Source: Bacteroidales bacterium
GTDB taxonomy: Bacteria > Bacteroidota > Bacteroidia > Bacteroidales > UBA4417
Assembly (NCBI GenBank): GCA_038212135.1
Contig: JBBQUX010000003.1
Coordinates: 350-64,349, forward strand
Reading direction: 5' to 3'
DNA length: 64,000 nt
Of this stretch, positions 20,375 through 29,922 are shown piece after piece. A program made the position numbers and the translations under genes. The notes beneath the pieces are model-generated. The model had not been told where the DNA came from. It ran no database searches and saw only the letters and a list, made by a program, of their open reading frames with translations. Each line of letters opens with the position of its first letter. The first letter of the stretch is position 1.

Positions 20375-21460
20375 CTATCGTTTGTCAGCCCAATTGCTCA
20401 CTATCACCGGAAACTCATTTTCAAAATTCGGGGTAAACACTCCTTTCCCCAGATTTTCCCTGATTTCGCCAATCGTCCAGAAACGACCGTCTTCAATTTC
20501 CATTTTATTAAAAACCGGTGTGGCGTTATACAATGCCATAAAGCTGAAAACCAGTTCCGATTCAACTGCTGATTCCCATTTGTATTTTGCCAATGGAACA
20601 GGATGAATACCTGTTATATTCAGTTCTTCAGCCGTTTCACGGAGCAGAGCCTGTTCAATGGTTTCTCCCAGATCGACATGTCCGCCAACGGCTGAATCCC
20701 ATTTCCCAGGTTCAACATCTTTGTGCAATGCTCGTTTCTGAAGGTAAATTTCACCTTTACTGTTGAAAATTTGTAAGTGTACAACCGGATGAAGTTTTCC
20801 TGGTCCGCTGTGGACTTCCTTGCGTGTTGCTTTCCCGATTATTTTACCTTCTTCATCCACAAGGGGAACCCATTCATCAGCAGGATGTACAGTGGATTTT
20901 ACTTTTCGTTTAGATGTAAGGTATTGCCATGCGAAATACAGCCCGAAAAGTATATAGAGTAATCCGCCGCTGATAAATGCCCATGCTTCCTTGCTCATGA
21001 AATATGCCGAATAAATGATCAGTAAAGTATAACCCAGCATCATCCAGAATAAAATGCGCATAGTTTCCTGCATGGCTTTTTCTGCTCCGGCAGGCATCTT
21101 CATATCACCCATATAGCGTTGGGTATAAATCATCATCAGGTTTTTACTGCTAAAAGCTGAATAACCAAGTATGCCGCATAATAGCAGGTTGATTAGTGCA
21201 GGCTTTAGCTTAAAGAATATCTCATCTTTCAGCGCAAGTGAGATTCCTCCCAATGCAACCAGCAAAGCAGTGTCAAAAAGCACAAATCTGTCAAGACGAC
21301 GCTCGCGGACAAAAACATATATTAGTTGAACCACTCCGAATATAACAGCAACTACAAGCCCAGCCTCCGTTGACCAGAAAAAATCAACAAGAATAAATAC
21401 AAAGATTGGCAGTAATCCTGGCAGTATCTTTTTGAAAAGGTTTAGCTGGCTGGTATCCAT
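20375..21460 (-). CDS. Fusion protein: N-terminal polytopic IspZ/YciB-like membrane domain plus C-terminal NUDIX hydrolase
   Basis: About 190 aa of hydrophobic helices, then the Nudix box GGHVDLGETIEQALLRETAEELNI. Confidence 0.85.
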   Translation of the reverse strand: MDTSQLNLFKKILPGLLPIFVFILVDFFWSTEAGLVVAVIFGVVQLIYVFVRERRLDRFVLFDTALLVALGGISLALKDEIFFKLKPALINLLLCGILGYSAFSSKNLMMIYTQRYMGDMKMPAGAEKAMQETMRILFWMMLGYTLLIIYSAYFMSKEAWAFISGGLLYILFGLYFAWQYLTSKRKVKSTVHPADEWVPLVDEEGKIIGKATRKEVHSGPGKLHPVVHLQIFNSKGEIYLQKRALHKDVEPGKWDSAVGGHVDLGETIEQALLRETAEELNITGIHPVPLAKYKWESAVESELVFSFMALYNATPVFNKMEIEDGRFWTIGEIRENLGKGVFTPNFENEFPVIVSNWADKR

Positions 21461-21582
21461 AATCTTTAAATTTCGTATGTATGATGTCGGATGTTAAATT
21501 TTGGAGAAAAAAAATTATTGAATCACTAATTGCAACCCCCGAATCACAAATCGGATTTCTCTTTTCACTAGCCTCACTAAAC

Positions 21583-21616
21583 AAAAAAGGAGCCCTTCCG
21601 AGAAGAACTCCTTTTC
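21583..21616 (-). terminator. Intrinsic terminator after rny
   Basis: Minus strand GGAGTTCTTC-tcg-GAAGGGCTCC (10 bp including G-U pairs), followed by TTTTTTG, ~20 nt after the stop. Confidence 0.6.
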
Positions 21617-21631
21617 TGAAAATAAATTTAT

Positions 21632-23197
21632 TTATTTGGCAAAACTTATAGCCCTTGTTTCACGAATAACTGTAATCTTGATCTGACCCGGATAGGTCAT
21701 TTCTTCCTGTATCTTACGTGAGAGGTCGAAAGCTATCTGGTTCGATTCTTCATCGGTAACTTTATCAGCTCCGACAATTACGCGCAGTTCGCGACCTGCC
21801 TGAATAGCATAGGTTTTAACTACACCAGGGTAGGAGAGGGCAAGCTCTTCGAGTTTGTTAAGACGCTGAATATATGCTTCCACCACTTCGCGGCGGGCTC
21901 CCGGACGGGCTCCCGAAATAGCATCACACACCTGAACGATCGGAGCAATTAGTGTCTCCATCTCTATTTCATCGTGGTGGGCACCAATGGCATTGCATAT
22001 ATCCGGTAGCTCTTTGAATTCCTTGGCAATCTTCATACCGAGGATTGCGTGTGGCAATTCGGCTTCGTTTTCGGCAACTTTTCCAATATCATGGAGAAGT
22101 CCGGCGCGTTTGGCTTTTTTTACATTCAGCCCCAGTTCGGCAGCCATGGTAGCGCAGAGATTAGCCACTTCGCGCGAATGTTGCAAAAGGTTTTGCCCGT
22201 AGGATGAACGATATTTCATTTTACCTATCAACCGAACGAGTTCAGGATGGAGACCGTGAATACCAAGGTCGATGGTAGTTCGTTTACCAGCCTCAATCAT
22301 TTCCTGTTCAACCTGTTTTTTTGTTTTGGCAACAACTTCTTCGATACGGGCCGGGTGAATACGGCCATCAGTTACCAGTTTGTGTAATGACAGTCGTGCA
22401 ATTTCGCGGCGCACCGGATCGAAGCCGGAGAGAATAATGGCATCGGGCGAATCGTCAATAATAATTTCAATGCCGGTAAGTGCTTCAAGGGCGCGGATGT
22501 TACGTCCTTCGCGACCAATAATTCGGCCTTTTATTTCTTCGCTTTCAATATTGAAAACGGAAACGGTATTTTCAATAGTTTGCTCGGCAGCAGTACGCTG
22601 AATGGTTTCGACAATAATCTTTTTGGCTTCGTTGTTGGCTTTCAGTCTGGCTTCCTCAACTATTTCGTTGATCTGGGCCATGGCCTGGGTCTGGGCTTCG
22701 TCCTTCAGGTTTTCGACAAGTTGATTCTTTGCTTCTTCAGCAGTAAAACCTGAAATAATTTCTAGTTGATCGATATATTGTTTATGTGCTTTGTCAATTT
22801 CCTGCTGTTTCCGGCTAATTATTTCTTTTTGCTGGTCGAGAGTTACTTTGGTTTCTGTAAGTTCTTTGAATTGTTTCTGAACTTCTTCGTTCTTTTTCTG
22901 AATTTCGTCGTGACGTTGGTTAAGTTGTTGTTCGCGTTGTTTCTGACGGTTTTCGTTTTTTGCTACATTGTTGTTTTTTTCCTGGATCATATTTTCGTGA
23001 TCCGTTTTTAACTGGAGAAACTTCTCTTTGGCCTGAAGCATTTTTTCTTTTTTGACCATTTCGGCTTTCTCTTCGGCGTCCTGCAGCAGGTGGATACTCT
23101 TTTTCTCGATCGCCTTTCGCAGGAGGGTGGTCGCGAGGGCAAGCCCTGCACCTAACCCGACAATAGCTGTAATAACAGCTACTATAATATTGCTCAT
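21632..23197 (-). CDS. rny: Ribonuclease Y
   Basis: N-terminal TM helix [21 protein letters not shown], a long coiled coil, a KH domain ([15 protein letters not shown]) and an HD domain (LLHDIGK). The start was moved to the ATG at 23197; the track's 23299 start is TTG. Confidence 0.92.
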   Translation of the reverse strand: MSNIIVAVITAIVGLGAGLALATTLLRKAIEKKSIHLLQDAEEKAEMVKKEKMLQAKEKFLQLKTDHENMIQEKNNNVAKNENRQKQREQQLNQRHDEIQKKNEEVQKQFKELTETKVTLDQQKEIISRKQQEIDKAHKQYIDQLEIISGFTAEEAKNQLVENLKDEAQTQAMAQINEIVEEARLKANNEAKKIIVETIQRTAAEQTIENTVSVFNIESEEIKGRIIGREGRNIRALEALTGIEIIIDDSPDAIILSGFDPVRREIARLSLHKLVTDGRIHPARIEEVVAKTKKQVEQEMIEAGKRTTIDLGIHGLHPELVRLIGKMKYRSSYGQNLLQHSREVANLCATMAAELGLNVKKAKRAGLLHDIGKVAENEAELPHAILGMKIAKEFKELPDICNAIGAHHDEIEMETLIAPIVQVCDAISGARPGARREVVEAYIQRLNKLEELALSYPGVVKTYAIQAGRELRVIVGADKVTDEESNQIAFDLSRKIQEEMTYPGQIKITVIRETRAISFAK

Positions 23198-23260
23198 TTC
23201 ATGTTGGTATATGGTGGTTAAACATATAACCGGGCATGGATCAGAAAGAAGAAAAAAGAA

Positions 23261-23461
23261 AAAACCCGCGATTAATTCATGCATTTCGGGAAACCCCAAA
23301 ACGACAAGTTTAGGCTGCCTGAAATCGTCGGGCTTCCAATGTCCCCCTGAAGGGATCCGTATACCCGAAAGTATACGGTAAGGCCTGTCCTGTTATTTCA
23401 ATAGCTTCGCCCGATTGTAAATATGTTGAGTTTCCAAACGGATTGAATTAATGCGGGTTTT
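23261..23461 (-). ncRNA. Structured ~200-nt RNA candidate, 6S (ssrS)-like, between zapA and rny
   Basis: 23261-23279 pairs with 23444-23461 (18 bp, one bulge), enclosing ~165 nt. Further end-to-end pairings are 23288-94/23430-35, 23304-12/23418-26 and 23323-33/23409-16. There is an internal hairpin CCGTATAC-ccgaaa-GTATACGG. The strand is inferred from the flanking genes only. Confidence 0.35.
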
Positions 23462-23491
23462 AATCCTTGTATTTTCAAAGAACGTGTAACA

Positions 23492-23785
23492 TCAGTCTTT
23501 TAAAGCATCGGTCAGTATGCGGTCAATCTCACTTAGTGTCGGGGATAAACTGTTGGCAGCAAATTCTACTTCGTTATGATTATTAATAGCCAAAGTAGCA
23601 AAATGTAATACTACCATTGCCAGTAAATCCTGTTTGTCGCTGTAGCGAAAGTTTTTTGCATAGTGGTTGATTTGTCCTTCAATATGTTTCGCGGCTTTAC
23701 GAATTGTTTCTTCCTCATTACGGTTTACAGTAAGCTTATAAGGTCTTCCTGCAATGTTAATGGTGATGGGTAATTCGTCGGCCAT
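23492..23785 (-). CDS. zapA: Cell division protein ZapA
   Basis: 97 aa; ITINIAGRPYKLTVNRNEEE..IRKAA is typical of ZapA. Confidence 0.85.
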   Translation of the reverse strand: MADELPITINIAGRPYKLTVNRNEEETIRKAAKHIEGQINHYAKNFRYSDKQDLLAMVVLHFATLAINNHNEVEFAANSLSPTLSEIDRILTDALKD

Positions 23786-23791
23786 AGGCTT

Positions 23792-24088
23792 TTATATTGT
23801 TTTATTGTTTAAAAGATCAATGCATGTATCAAGTTCCCGCAGTAGTTCATTTATCTTCTTTTTGGCTTTGGATGATTCCTTGCCGGTTGGGATTGATTTT
23901 GCTATTGTTAGTATTTGTATTTGTTTTTCTAGTTCAAGTATTATTTTTTTTTGTTGAAGTAAGCTATTTTCGGTTTCAAGGTATTTTTGTTCCAGTTTGA
24001 TGAATTCATCTTTAAGTGTTTTGTGCCTGAGTACTAGTTGCCTGCTTTTGATATCCAGTCCTTTAACCAGCTTGCTTAAGTCTTCCAT
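23792..24088 (-). CDS. Coiled-coil protein upstream of zapA, function unknown
   Basis: 98 aa, heptad-rich (LEQKYLETENSLLQQKKIILELEKQIQ). It lies 6 nt from zapA. Confidence 0.65.
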   Translation of the reverse strand: MEDLSKLVKGLDIKSRQLVLRHKTLKDEFIKLEQKYLETENSLLQQKKIILELEKQIQILTIAKSIPTGKESSKAKKKINELLRELDTCIDLLNNKTI

Positions 24089-24124
24089 TTATTTAATCGC
24101 ACTTGACACTTGAAGTAACAGGTG

Positions 24125-24132
24125 CAAAGATA
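24125..24132 (-). promoter_or_regulatory. Candidate -7 box (TAtcTTTG) for the coiled-coil/zapA operon
   Basis: Plus strand CAAAGATA, ~37 nt upstream of the start at 24088. Confidence 0.4.
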
Positions 24133-24200
24133 ACTACTAAAAGAGATATTAACAATAATATAACATTTATTCTGGTAAAAATAGTTTAAGTCATTTTAAA

Positions 24201-24824
24201 TCAATTTATTAATTCGAAGAACCCTTTTTCGGAATTATATGCGAATATTTCGCCTGTTTCAATAATATAGTGCCAGCCGCTGATATTCAGCTCGCCGGCT
24301 TTGTGCTTCTCGGCAATATAAGGATAGGTGAGCAGATGCTTTAATTGTTCTACTACATTCATTTGTTCGGTAAGCCATTCGCGGGCAGCGGCATTTGCTT
24401 CGGGCAAAAGTAAATTTACTTTATCGCGAACCGGCATGGATAATTCGAGCCATTTGCGGGTATGAGGTAATTTCTCAAAATAAGAATCAGGTTTATAAAG
24501 AGCCGCACACCCGCCGCAATTCGAATGACCGCAGACAATAATATTTTCCACTCCAAGTGCCTGAACAGCAAATTCAATAGCCGAAATAGTTGCCAGGTAT
24601 TCGCCCGAAAACTTATAATTTGGTACTATATTAGCTATGTTGCGGATAATAAAAAGTTCGCCGGGCATTGTGGCAGTAATCATATTCGGAACCAGGCGCG
24701 AGTCGGAACAACCGATAAAAAGGGTATGTGGTTTCTGTTCGTTGCCAAGATTCTGAAAAAGAGTTTCATGGGCTTCGAAATCATTTTGCCTGAATGTAAC
24801 CGCACCTTCGAGTAGTTTTTTCAT
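24201..24824 (-). CDS. Beta-class carbonic anhydrase
   Basis: CSDSRLVP and GHSNCGGC zinc-ligand motifs. Confidence 0.9.
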   Translation of the reverse strand: MKKLLEGAVTFRQNDFEAHETLFQNLGNEQKPHTLFIGCSDSRLVPNMITATMPGELFIIRNIANIVPNYKFSGEYLATISAIEFAVQALGVENIIVCGHSNCGGCAALYKPDSYFEKLPHTRKWLELSMPVRDKVNLLLPEANAAAREWLTEQMNVVEQLKHLLTYPYIAEKHKAGELNISGWHYIIETGEIFAYNSEKGFFELIN

Positions 24825-24953
24825 TGATATTCAATTGATTAAAATTTGAATTGCATTCTGCTCAGTATAATGTGTGTATATTCGAAACAATAATAGTACA
24901 ATCTTTCCTTCGGATGAAGAAAATAAAATTGACATTGCATTTTATTTTTCACT

Positions 24954-24961
24954 TATATTTG
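24954..24961 (+). promoter_or_regulatory. Candidate -7 box (TAtaTTTG) only 5 nt before the ATG, implying a leaderless or near-leaderless transcript
   Basis: TATATTTG at 24954-24961; ATG at 24966. Confidence 0.35.
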
Positions 24962-24965
24962 TGTC

Positions 24966-26234
24966 ATGACAGAGGAATTCCTGCATTATATCTGGCAATA
25001 CCGAATTTATAGCCCTCATCTCGTGCTGCAATCAGGCGAAAAGGCTGAGGTGCTGCACCCCGGAATTCATAACAGCGATTCTGGTCCTGATTTTTTTAAT
25101 GCTAAGATCAGGATCGGAGAAACCATCTGGGCTGGAAATATTGAGATTCATATTCTTTCGTCGGATTGGAATCGTCATAAACATCAGCATGATATGAGTT
25201 ATGATAATGTGATTCTTCATGTTGTGTGGCGTGATGATTCGGAAGTTTTACGCGCTGATGGAACAGCTATTCCTACGCTCGAACTGGATGGATTATATAA
25301 TGAACATGCCTGGAAAAGTTACCTGGGGTTTATGAATTCCAGGCAGTGGATTCCTTGTAATACTGCGATTTCAAAAGTTGATCCATTCATTCGGAATGCA
25401 TGGCTCGATAGGGTACTGATTGAACGCCTCGAGCGAAAAGCCTTGGAAGTTGAGCATATATTATCAATTAACAGTAATGATTGGGCGCATACTTTTTACC
25501 GTTTACTTGCCCGGAATATGGGCTTCAAACTGAACAACCAGGCTTTCGAAATGCTCGCTTTTTCCTTGCCCTATTCTTTCCTTGCCAAACATGCTGATGA
25601 TCTTTCACAGATTGAAGCCATGGTTTTTGGTCAGGCAGGTTTACTGGCAGGACCCTTCATCGACGATTATCCCAAAAAACTAAAGAAGGAATACGAATTT
25701 CTGCAGAAGAAGTTTGATTTAATACCAATAGAAGCACATCTCTGGCGGTTTATGCGACTTCATCCCGGGAATTTTCCAACCCTGCGTTTGGCACAATTTG
25801 CCTCCATTATCCACCATTCTGGAAATATTATCGGTGAGCTTTTTAATACTAATGATGTTCCTCCCTATCGAAAACTTTTTGGCGCTCAAGCATCGGAATA
25901 CTGGAATACGCATTATACATTCGATAAAGTTTCCTCGCCACGACGAAAAACTCTTGGTGCTTCATCCGTTGATTTGCTGATTATTAACCTGGTTGCTCCA
26001 TTGTTGCTTGCTTACGGTCGGCGTAAAAACGATACCGGAATGACCGAAAAGCCAATTGATATGCTTATGCAGATCAAGGGCGAGGATAACTCAATTATAC
26101 GAAACTGGGCTGAATTAGGCGTTGATGTTTCCAATGCTGCCGCTACCCAGTCGCTACTCGAACTTAAAACAAATTATTGCGATTTGAAAAAGTGTTTGAG
26201 TTGCAGAATTGGGAATGAATTGCTTAAAGGATAA
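24966..26234 (+). CDS. DUF2851-family protein
   Basis: The N-terminus EEFLHYIWQYRIY and the overall 422-aa length match my memory of DUF2851. Confidence 0.85.
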   Translation: MTEEFLHYIWQYRIYSPHLVLQSGEKAEVLHPGIHNSDSGPDFFNAKIRIGETIWAGNIEIHILSSDWNRHKHQHDMSYDNVILHVVWRDDSEVLRADGTAIPTLELDGLYNEHAWKSYLGFMNSRQWIPCNTAISKVDPFIRNAWLDRVLIERLERKALEVEHILSINSNDWAHTFYRLLARNMGFKLNNQAFEMLAFSLPYSFLAKHADDLSQIEAMVFGQAGLLAGPFIDDYPKKLKKEYEFLQKKFDLIPIEAHLWRFMRLHPGNFPTLRLAQFASIIHHSGNIIGELFNTNDVPPYRKLFGAQASEYWNTHYTFDKVSSPRRKTLGASSVDLLIINLVAPLLLAYGRRKNDTGMTEKPIDMLMQIKGEDNSIIRNWAELGVDVSNAAATQSLLELKTNYCDLKKCLSCRIGNELLKG

Positions 26235-26389
26235 AGGTTTGATGAGATTGAAGAGATTGATGGGATTTAAGAGATTGATGGGATTGAAAGGAAGCCAGAG
26301 AACATTAACGATTACTTCGGTACAGTGCCCCGTAAACTGAAACTTGAATCCAGAAACTCTTTTAATATCAATACTCTCAAACTAAAATA
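26235..26389 (+). repeat. Composite intergenic element: purine-rich AGATTGAWG array (26235-26291), ~40-nt core, G-poor CTGAAAC/CTCAAAC-like array (26334-26389) ending at the start codon
   Basis: Read directly. The left units are approximately the reverse complement of the CTTCAAAC family. Confidence 0.7.
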
Positions 26390-26391
26390 CT

Positions 26392-28212
26392 ATGGCGAAC
26401 AACGAAGCCTGGGGATCCAGAGTCGGACTCATTCTGGCAATGGCCGGTAATGCGGTCGGACTTGGAAACTTTCTGCGTTTCCCTATGCAGGCAATTCAAA
26501 ATGGCGGAGGAGCATTTATTATTCCTTACCTGGTGTGTTTCCTGTTAATGGGAATTCCGCTTTTATTTGTTGAGTGGACAACAGGCAGGTTTGGCGGGCA
26601 ATTCGGACATCATACAACTCCGTTTGCTTTCCATAAAATGAACAGCCGGTGGCTATGGAAGTACATTGGTGTTTTCGGGATTTTTTCAAACTTATCAATT
26701 GCAGCCTATTATTGTTACATCGAAAGCTGGACGCTGTCATATACCATTCATTCCGCAGCGGGTACTTTTAATGGATTGTCGCAGCATGGAGTTTCGGAAT
26801 TCTTTACAAATTACCTCGACATCTCTACCTCAACTACCGGAATTCCTTATGAGGCTGTTGTTTTTTATGTGTTGTGCCTGGCATTAAATGTATGGATACT
26901 CAGCAAAGGTTTGAGTGGCGGAGTGGAGAAAGCCGCAAAAATAATGATGCCATTATTAATATTGTTTGGTGTTTTCCTTGCTATAAGGGGGATAACCCTA
27001 AAAGCCGGCGAAAGTGGAGCTTTGTTCGATGGTGTTGTAGGCCTTAATTTTTTATGGACACCACAGTACGATACACTTGCTAATCCTAAAGTATGGCTTG
27101 CCGCTGCAGGACAGATATTTTTTACTCTTTCACTGGGGCAGGGCTCAGTGCAATGTTATGCTTCGTATGTAAAAAAAAAGGATGATATCGTACTCAACTC
27201 CATGTCGGCTGGTTGGATGAACGAATTTGTTGAAGTTGTTCTCGGGAGTGCTATCATTATACCCATAGCTATTGGCTATTTTGGATTGGATAGAGTTGTT
27301 GAACTAACGCAACTTGGTGGTCTTGGACTAGGTTTTCGGGTTATGCCTTTCCTTTTCGAACAATGGGGACCATTGCTATCGGTAATGGCAGGAGTTTCGT
27401 TTTTTGGATTATTGTTTTTTGCTGGTATCACCAGTTCTCTTGCTATGGGCACACCTGCCATGTCTTTCCTGATGGACGAATTCAAATGGCAGCGTGGAAG
27501 TTCAGCCGTTGCTTTTGGCGTGGCAGTTCTGGTTCTTGGACTCCCAACAGTGTTGTTTTTTCAGCAGGGTGTTTTTGATGAATACGACTACTGGGCGGGA
27601 ACTGTTTCGCTCGTGGTATTTGCGATGCTCGAAATTATTTTGTTCTCCTGGGTTTTTGGTATTAAAAAAGGATGGGCCGAACTTACAGCCGGGGCTGATA
27701 TCCGTATACCCAATATATATAAGTTTATTCTCAAATTCGTTACACCTCTTATGCTCATTGCCGTTTTCTTCGGTTCACTATTACGCCCGATTAATGACGA
27801 TTGGAGCAAACTGAGTTTTCGCGGTTGGGAGTTACATCACGAAAGTATCCTTGGGCAGATGTTGCACAACAATATTGGTCCTAATCATACTTATTTCAGT
27901 GATGCATTTTATTCGGAAAAGTCAGGAGTGGTAGATTCGGTTTATATGCTGAGGGATAATAATTTTATCCGGGTAAGCGATACAAGTGGATCTGCCCGTT
28001 CGTCAGCAGATTTCGAATATAAAAGCAAAAATACCCTGATCGTTAAAATTGGTGACCAGGTTGCCAAAGGTGATATTTTATACACCGGTGGTGTTATCAA
28101 TAAAGTGTTCTTCATTGATATTTCGCGCTTCCTGTTAACGGTCATTTTCGTTCTGATTGGTTTTACAGTGTACTACGCATACCGCAAGCGTGTGCGCGAA
28201 AACAGGATTTGA
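26392..28212 (+). CDS. Sodium-dependent transporter, NSS (SNF) family
   Basis: WGSRVGLILAMAGNAVGLGNFLRFP is the hallmark NSS N-terminus. Polytopic. Confidence 0.92.
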   Translation: MANNEAWGSRVGLILAMAGNAVGLGNFLRFPMQAIQNGGGAFIIPYLVCFLLMGIPLLFVEWTTGRFGGQFGHHTTPFAFHKMNSRWLWKYIGVFGIFSNLSIAAYYCYIESWTLSYTIHSAAGTFNGLSQHGVSEFFTNYLDISTSTTGIPYEAVVFYVLCLALNVWILSKGLSGGVEKAAKIMMPLLILFGVFLAIRGITLKAGESGALFDGVVGLNFLWTPQYDTLANPKVWLAAAGQIFFTLSLGQGSVQCYASYVKKKDDIVLNSMSAGWMNEFVEVVLGSAIIIPIAIGYFGLDRVVELTQLGGLGLGFRVMPFLFEQWGPLLSVMAGVSFFGLLFFAGITSSLAMGTPAMSFLMDEFKWQRGSSAVAFGVAVLVLGLPTVLFFQQGVFDEYDYWAGTVSLVVFAMLEIILFSWVFGIKKGWAELTAGADIRIPNIYKFILKFVTPLMLIAVFFGSLLRPINDDWSKLSFRGWELHHESILGQMLHNNIGPNHTYFSDAFYSEKSGVVDSVYMLRDNNFIRVSDTSGSARSSADFEYKSKNTLIVKIGDQVAKGDILYTGGVINKVFFIDISRFLLTVIFVLIGFTVYYAYRKRVRENRI

Positions 28213-28286
28213 TAGGAATCCGGCATATGGAAATCGGCATCAGACGTCTATTTAATAAAACATTTGAACTTTAATTAACGCAGATT

Positions 28287-28415
28287 ATGCAAACACAGGC
28301 ACTTATATTTATGGTCTCAGCCGAAGTGATAATTACAGGGCTGACACTTTATTTTTTTATCCGGGTTTTGTTTACCAAACCTAATGATGAACCCGATTCG
28401 TACACCGAAGAATAG
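28287..28415 (+). CDS. 42-aa single-TM micro-protein, candidate MetS-like small subunit of the NSS transporter
   Basis: My translation: MQTQALIFMVSAEVIITGLTLYFFIRVLFTKPNDEPDSYTEE*. It is below the ORF-track size cutoff and lies between the NSS gene and the APC permease. Confidence 0.5.
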   Translation: MQTQALIFMVSAEVIITGLTLYFFIRVLFTKPNDEPDSYTEE

Positions 28416-28426
28416 AGCATTAAAAT

Positions 28427-29863
28427 ATGGAAACTGAAAAGTCAGAATTCAAAAAGAGTCTTGGATTTATTGATTCAACCGCACTTGTAGCCGGTTCGAT
28501 GATTGGATCGGGAATTTTTATTGTAAGTGCTGATATTGCCCGTAATGTAGGATCCCCCGGCTGGATGCTGATAGTTTGGGTTATAACCGGCCTGATGACC
28601 ATTTTCGCTGCTCTTAGTTATGGTGAACTCGCTTCTATGATGCCAAAAGCAGGTGGTCAATATGTTTATATACGTGAAGCATTCAACCCCCTGGCTGGAT
28701 TTCTTTATGGCTGGACATTTTTTACAGTTATTCAAACCGGTACTATAGCCGCTGTGGCAATGGCTTTCGCCAAATTTGCCGGGGTGCTTATACCCTGGTT
28801 TTCCGAAAGCAATATCCTGATCAGTTTTGGCTTTATAAAAATCAGTACGGTTCATCTCCTGGCAATAACGATGATACTGCTGCTTACTGGTAATAACCTT
28901 CTCGGAATACGGAACGGTAAATGGGTTCAGAATATTTTTACCTTTCTGAAAATAGCTCTGTTGATTGGCTTTATTATCCTGGGTTTATTTTTTGCAAAGA
29001 ACCCTGAAGCCATAGCTATGAATAACAGCTATTTCTGGCAACCCGTTGCGCTGGATGGCGCAACACTGAGCGGTTGGGCATTAATTGCATCAATAGGGGT
29101 TGCGATGGTTGGATCATTGTTTTCGTCCGATGCCTGGAACAATATCACCTTTGCCGCTGCCGAGGTGAAAAATCCAAAACGGAATATCCCTCTCAGCCTG
29201 GTAACGGGAGTTACACTGGTCACTATACTTTATATACTCGCCAATTTCGTTTATCTGAATGCTCTTCCATTGCGCGGAATGACAGATGGTGCCGGCGTTT
29301 TTGAAAGAGGTATTCAACATGCCGTAAACGACCGGCTTGGATCGGCTTCCATGTTTGGCTTATTTGGATCAACTGCTGCACTGATGATGGCTGCGTTTGT
29401 AGTAATTTCCACTTTCGGCTGCAACAATGGGCTGATACTTTCGGGAGCAAGGGTATATTATGCCATGGCAAAGGACAACCTTTTCTTTAAAAGTGCAGGT
29501 ATTTTGAATAAGAATTCAGTTCCGGCTGCCGGGTTGAAAGTTCAGGCTGTGTGGGCTTCCTTGCTTTGTTTGTCAGGCACCTATTCAAACCTTCTTGATT
29601 ATGTGGTTTTCGCAGTATTGATTTTTTATGTGCTTACCATAGCCGGTATTTTTGTTCTTCGCCGTAAAATGCCCGATGCCGAACGGCCTTACAAGACATT
29701 TGGTCACCCTGTGGTTCCGGTTATTTATATGGCTTCTGCCTGTCTCATTATGCTTGTACTGCTTATTTACCGCTTCGAATATGCAGGCTTTGGATTATTG
29801 ATAGTGGTTTTAGGGTTCCCGGTTTATTATATTTGGAAGAAATGGGGACAGCGGGTGGAGTGA
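28427..29863 (+). CDS. Amino-acid permease, APC superfamily
   Basis: About 12 TM segments; the N-terminal GSMIGSGIF motif. Confidence 0.9.
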   Translation: METEKSEFKKSLGFIDSTALVAGSMIGSGIFIVSADIARNVGSPGWMLIVWVITGLMTIFAALSYGELASMMPKAGGQYVYIREAFNPLAGFLYGWTFFTVIQTGTIAAVAMAFAKFAGVLIPWFSESNILISFGFIKISTVHLLAITMILLLTGNNLLGIRNGKWVQNIFTFLKIALLIGFIILGLFFAKNPEAIAMNNSYFWQPVALDGATLSGWALIASIGVAMVGSLFSSDAWNNITFAAAEVKNPKRNIPLSLVTGVTLVTILYILANFVYLNALPLRGMTDGAGVFERGIQHAVNDRLGSASMFGLFGSTAALMMAAFVVISTFGCNNGLILSGARVYYAMAKDNLFFKSAGILNKNSVPAAGLKVQAVWASLLCLSGTYSNLLDYVVFAVLIFYVLTIAGIFVLRRKMPDAERPYKTFGHPVVPVIYMASACLIMLVLLIYRFEYAGFGLLIVVLGFPVYYIWKKWGQRVE

Positions 29864-29922
29864 ATTTTCAATTAATAAAGAGCCTATATCGCTCGAAAGA
29901 ATAATTTGCCACTAAATAAATC

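Noticed and set aside
21632-23299. The track's longer rny ORF, starting at 23299
   Set aside because: That start is a TTG. The extra 34 aa lack similarity to the RNase Y N-terminus, which begins with the TM helix encoded from the ATG at 23197.
23052-23381. 109-aa plus-strand ORF spanning the rny start and part of the zapA-rny spacer
   Set aside because: It is antisense to the rny N-terminus and runs through the structured-RNA candidate. Its composition is implausible.
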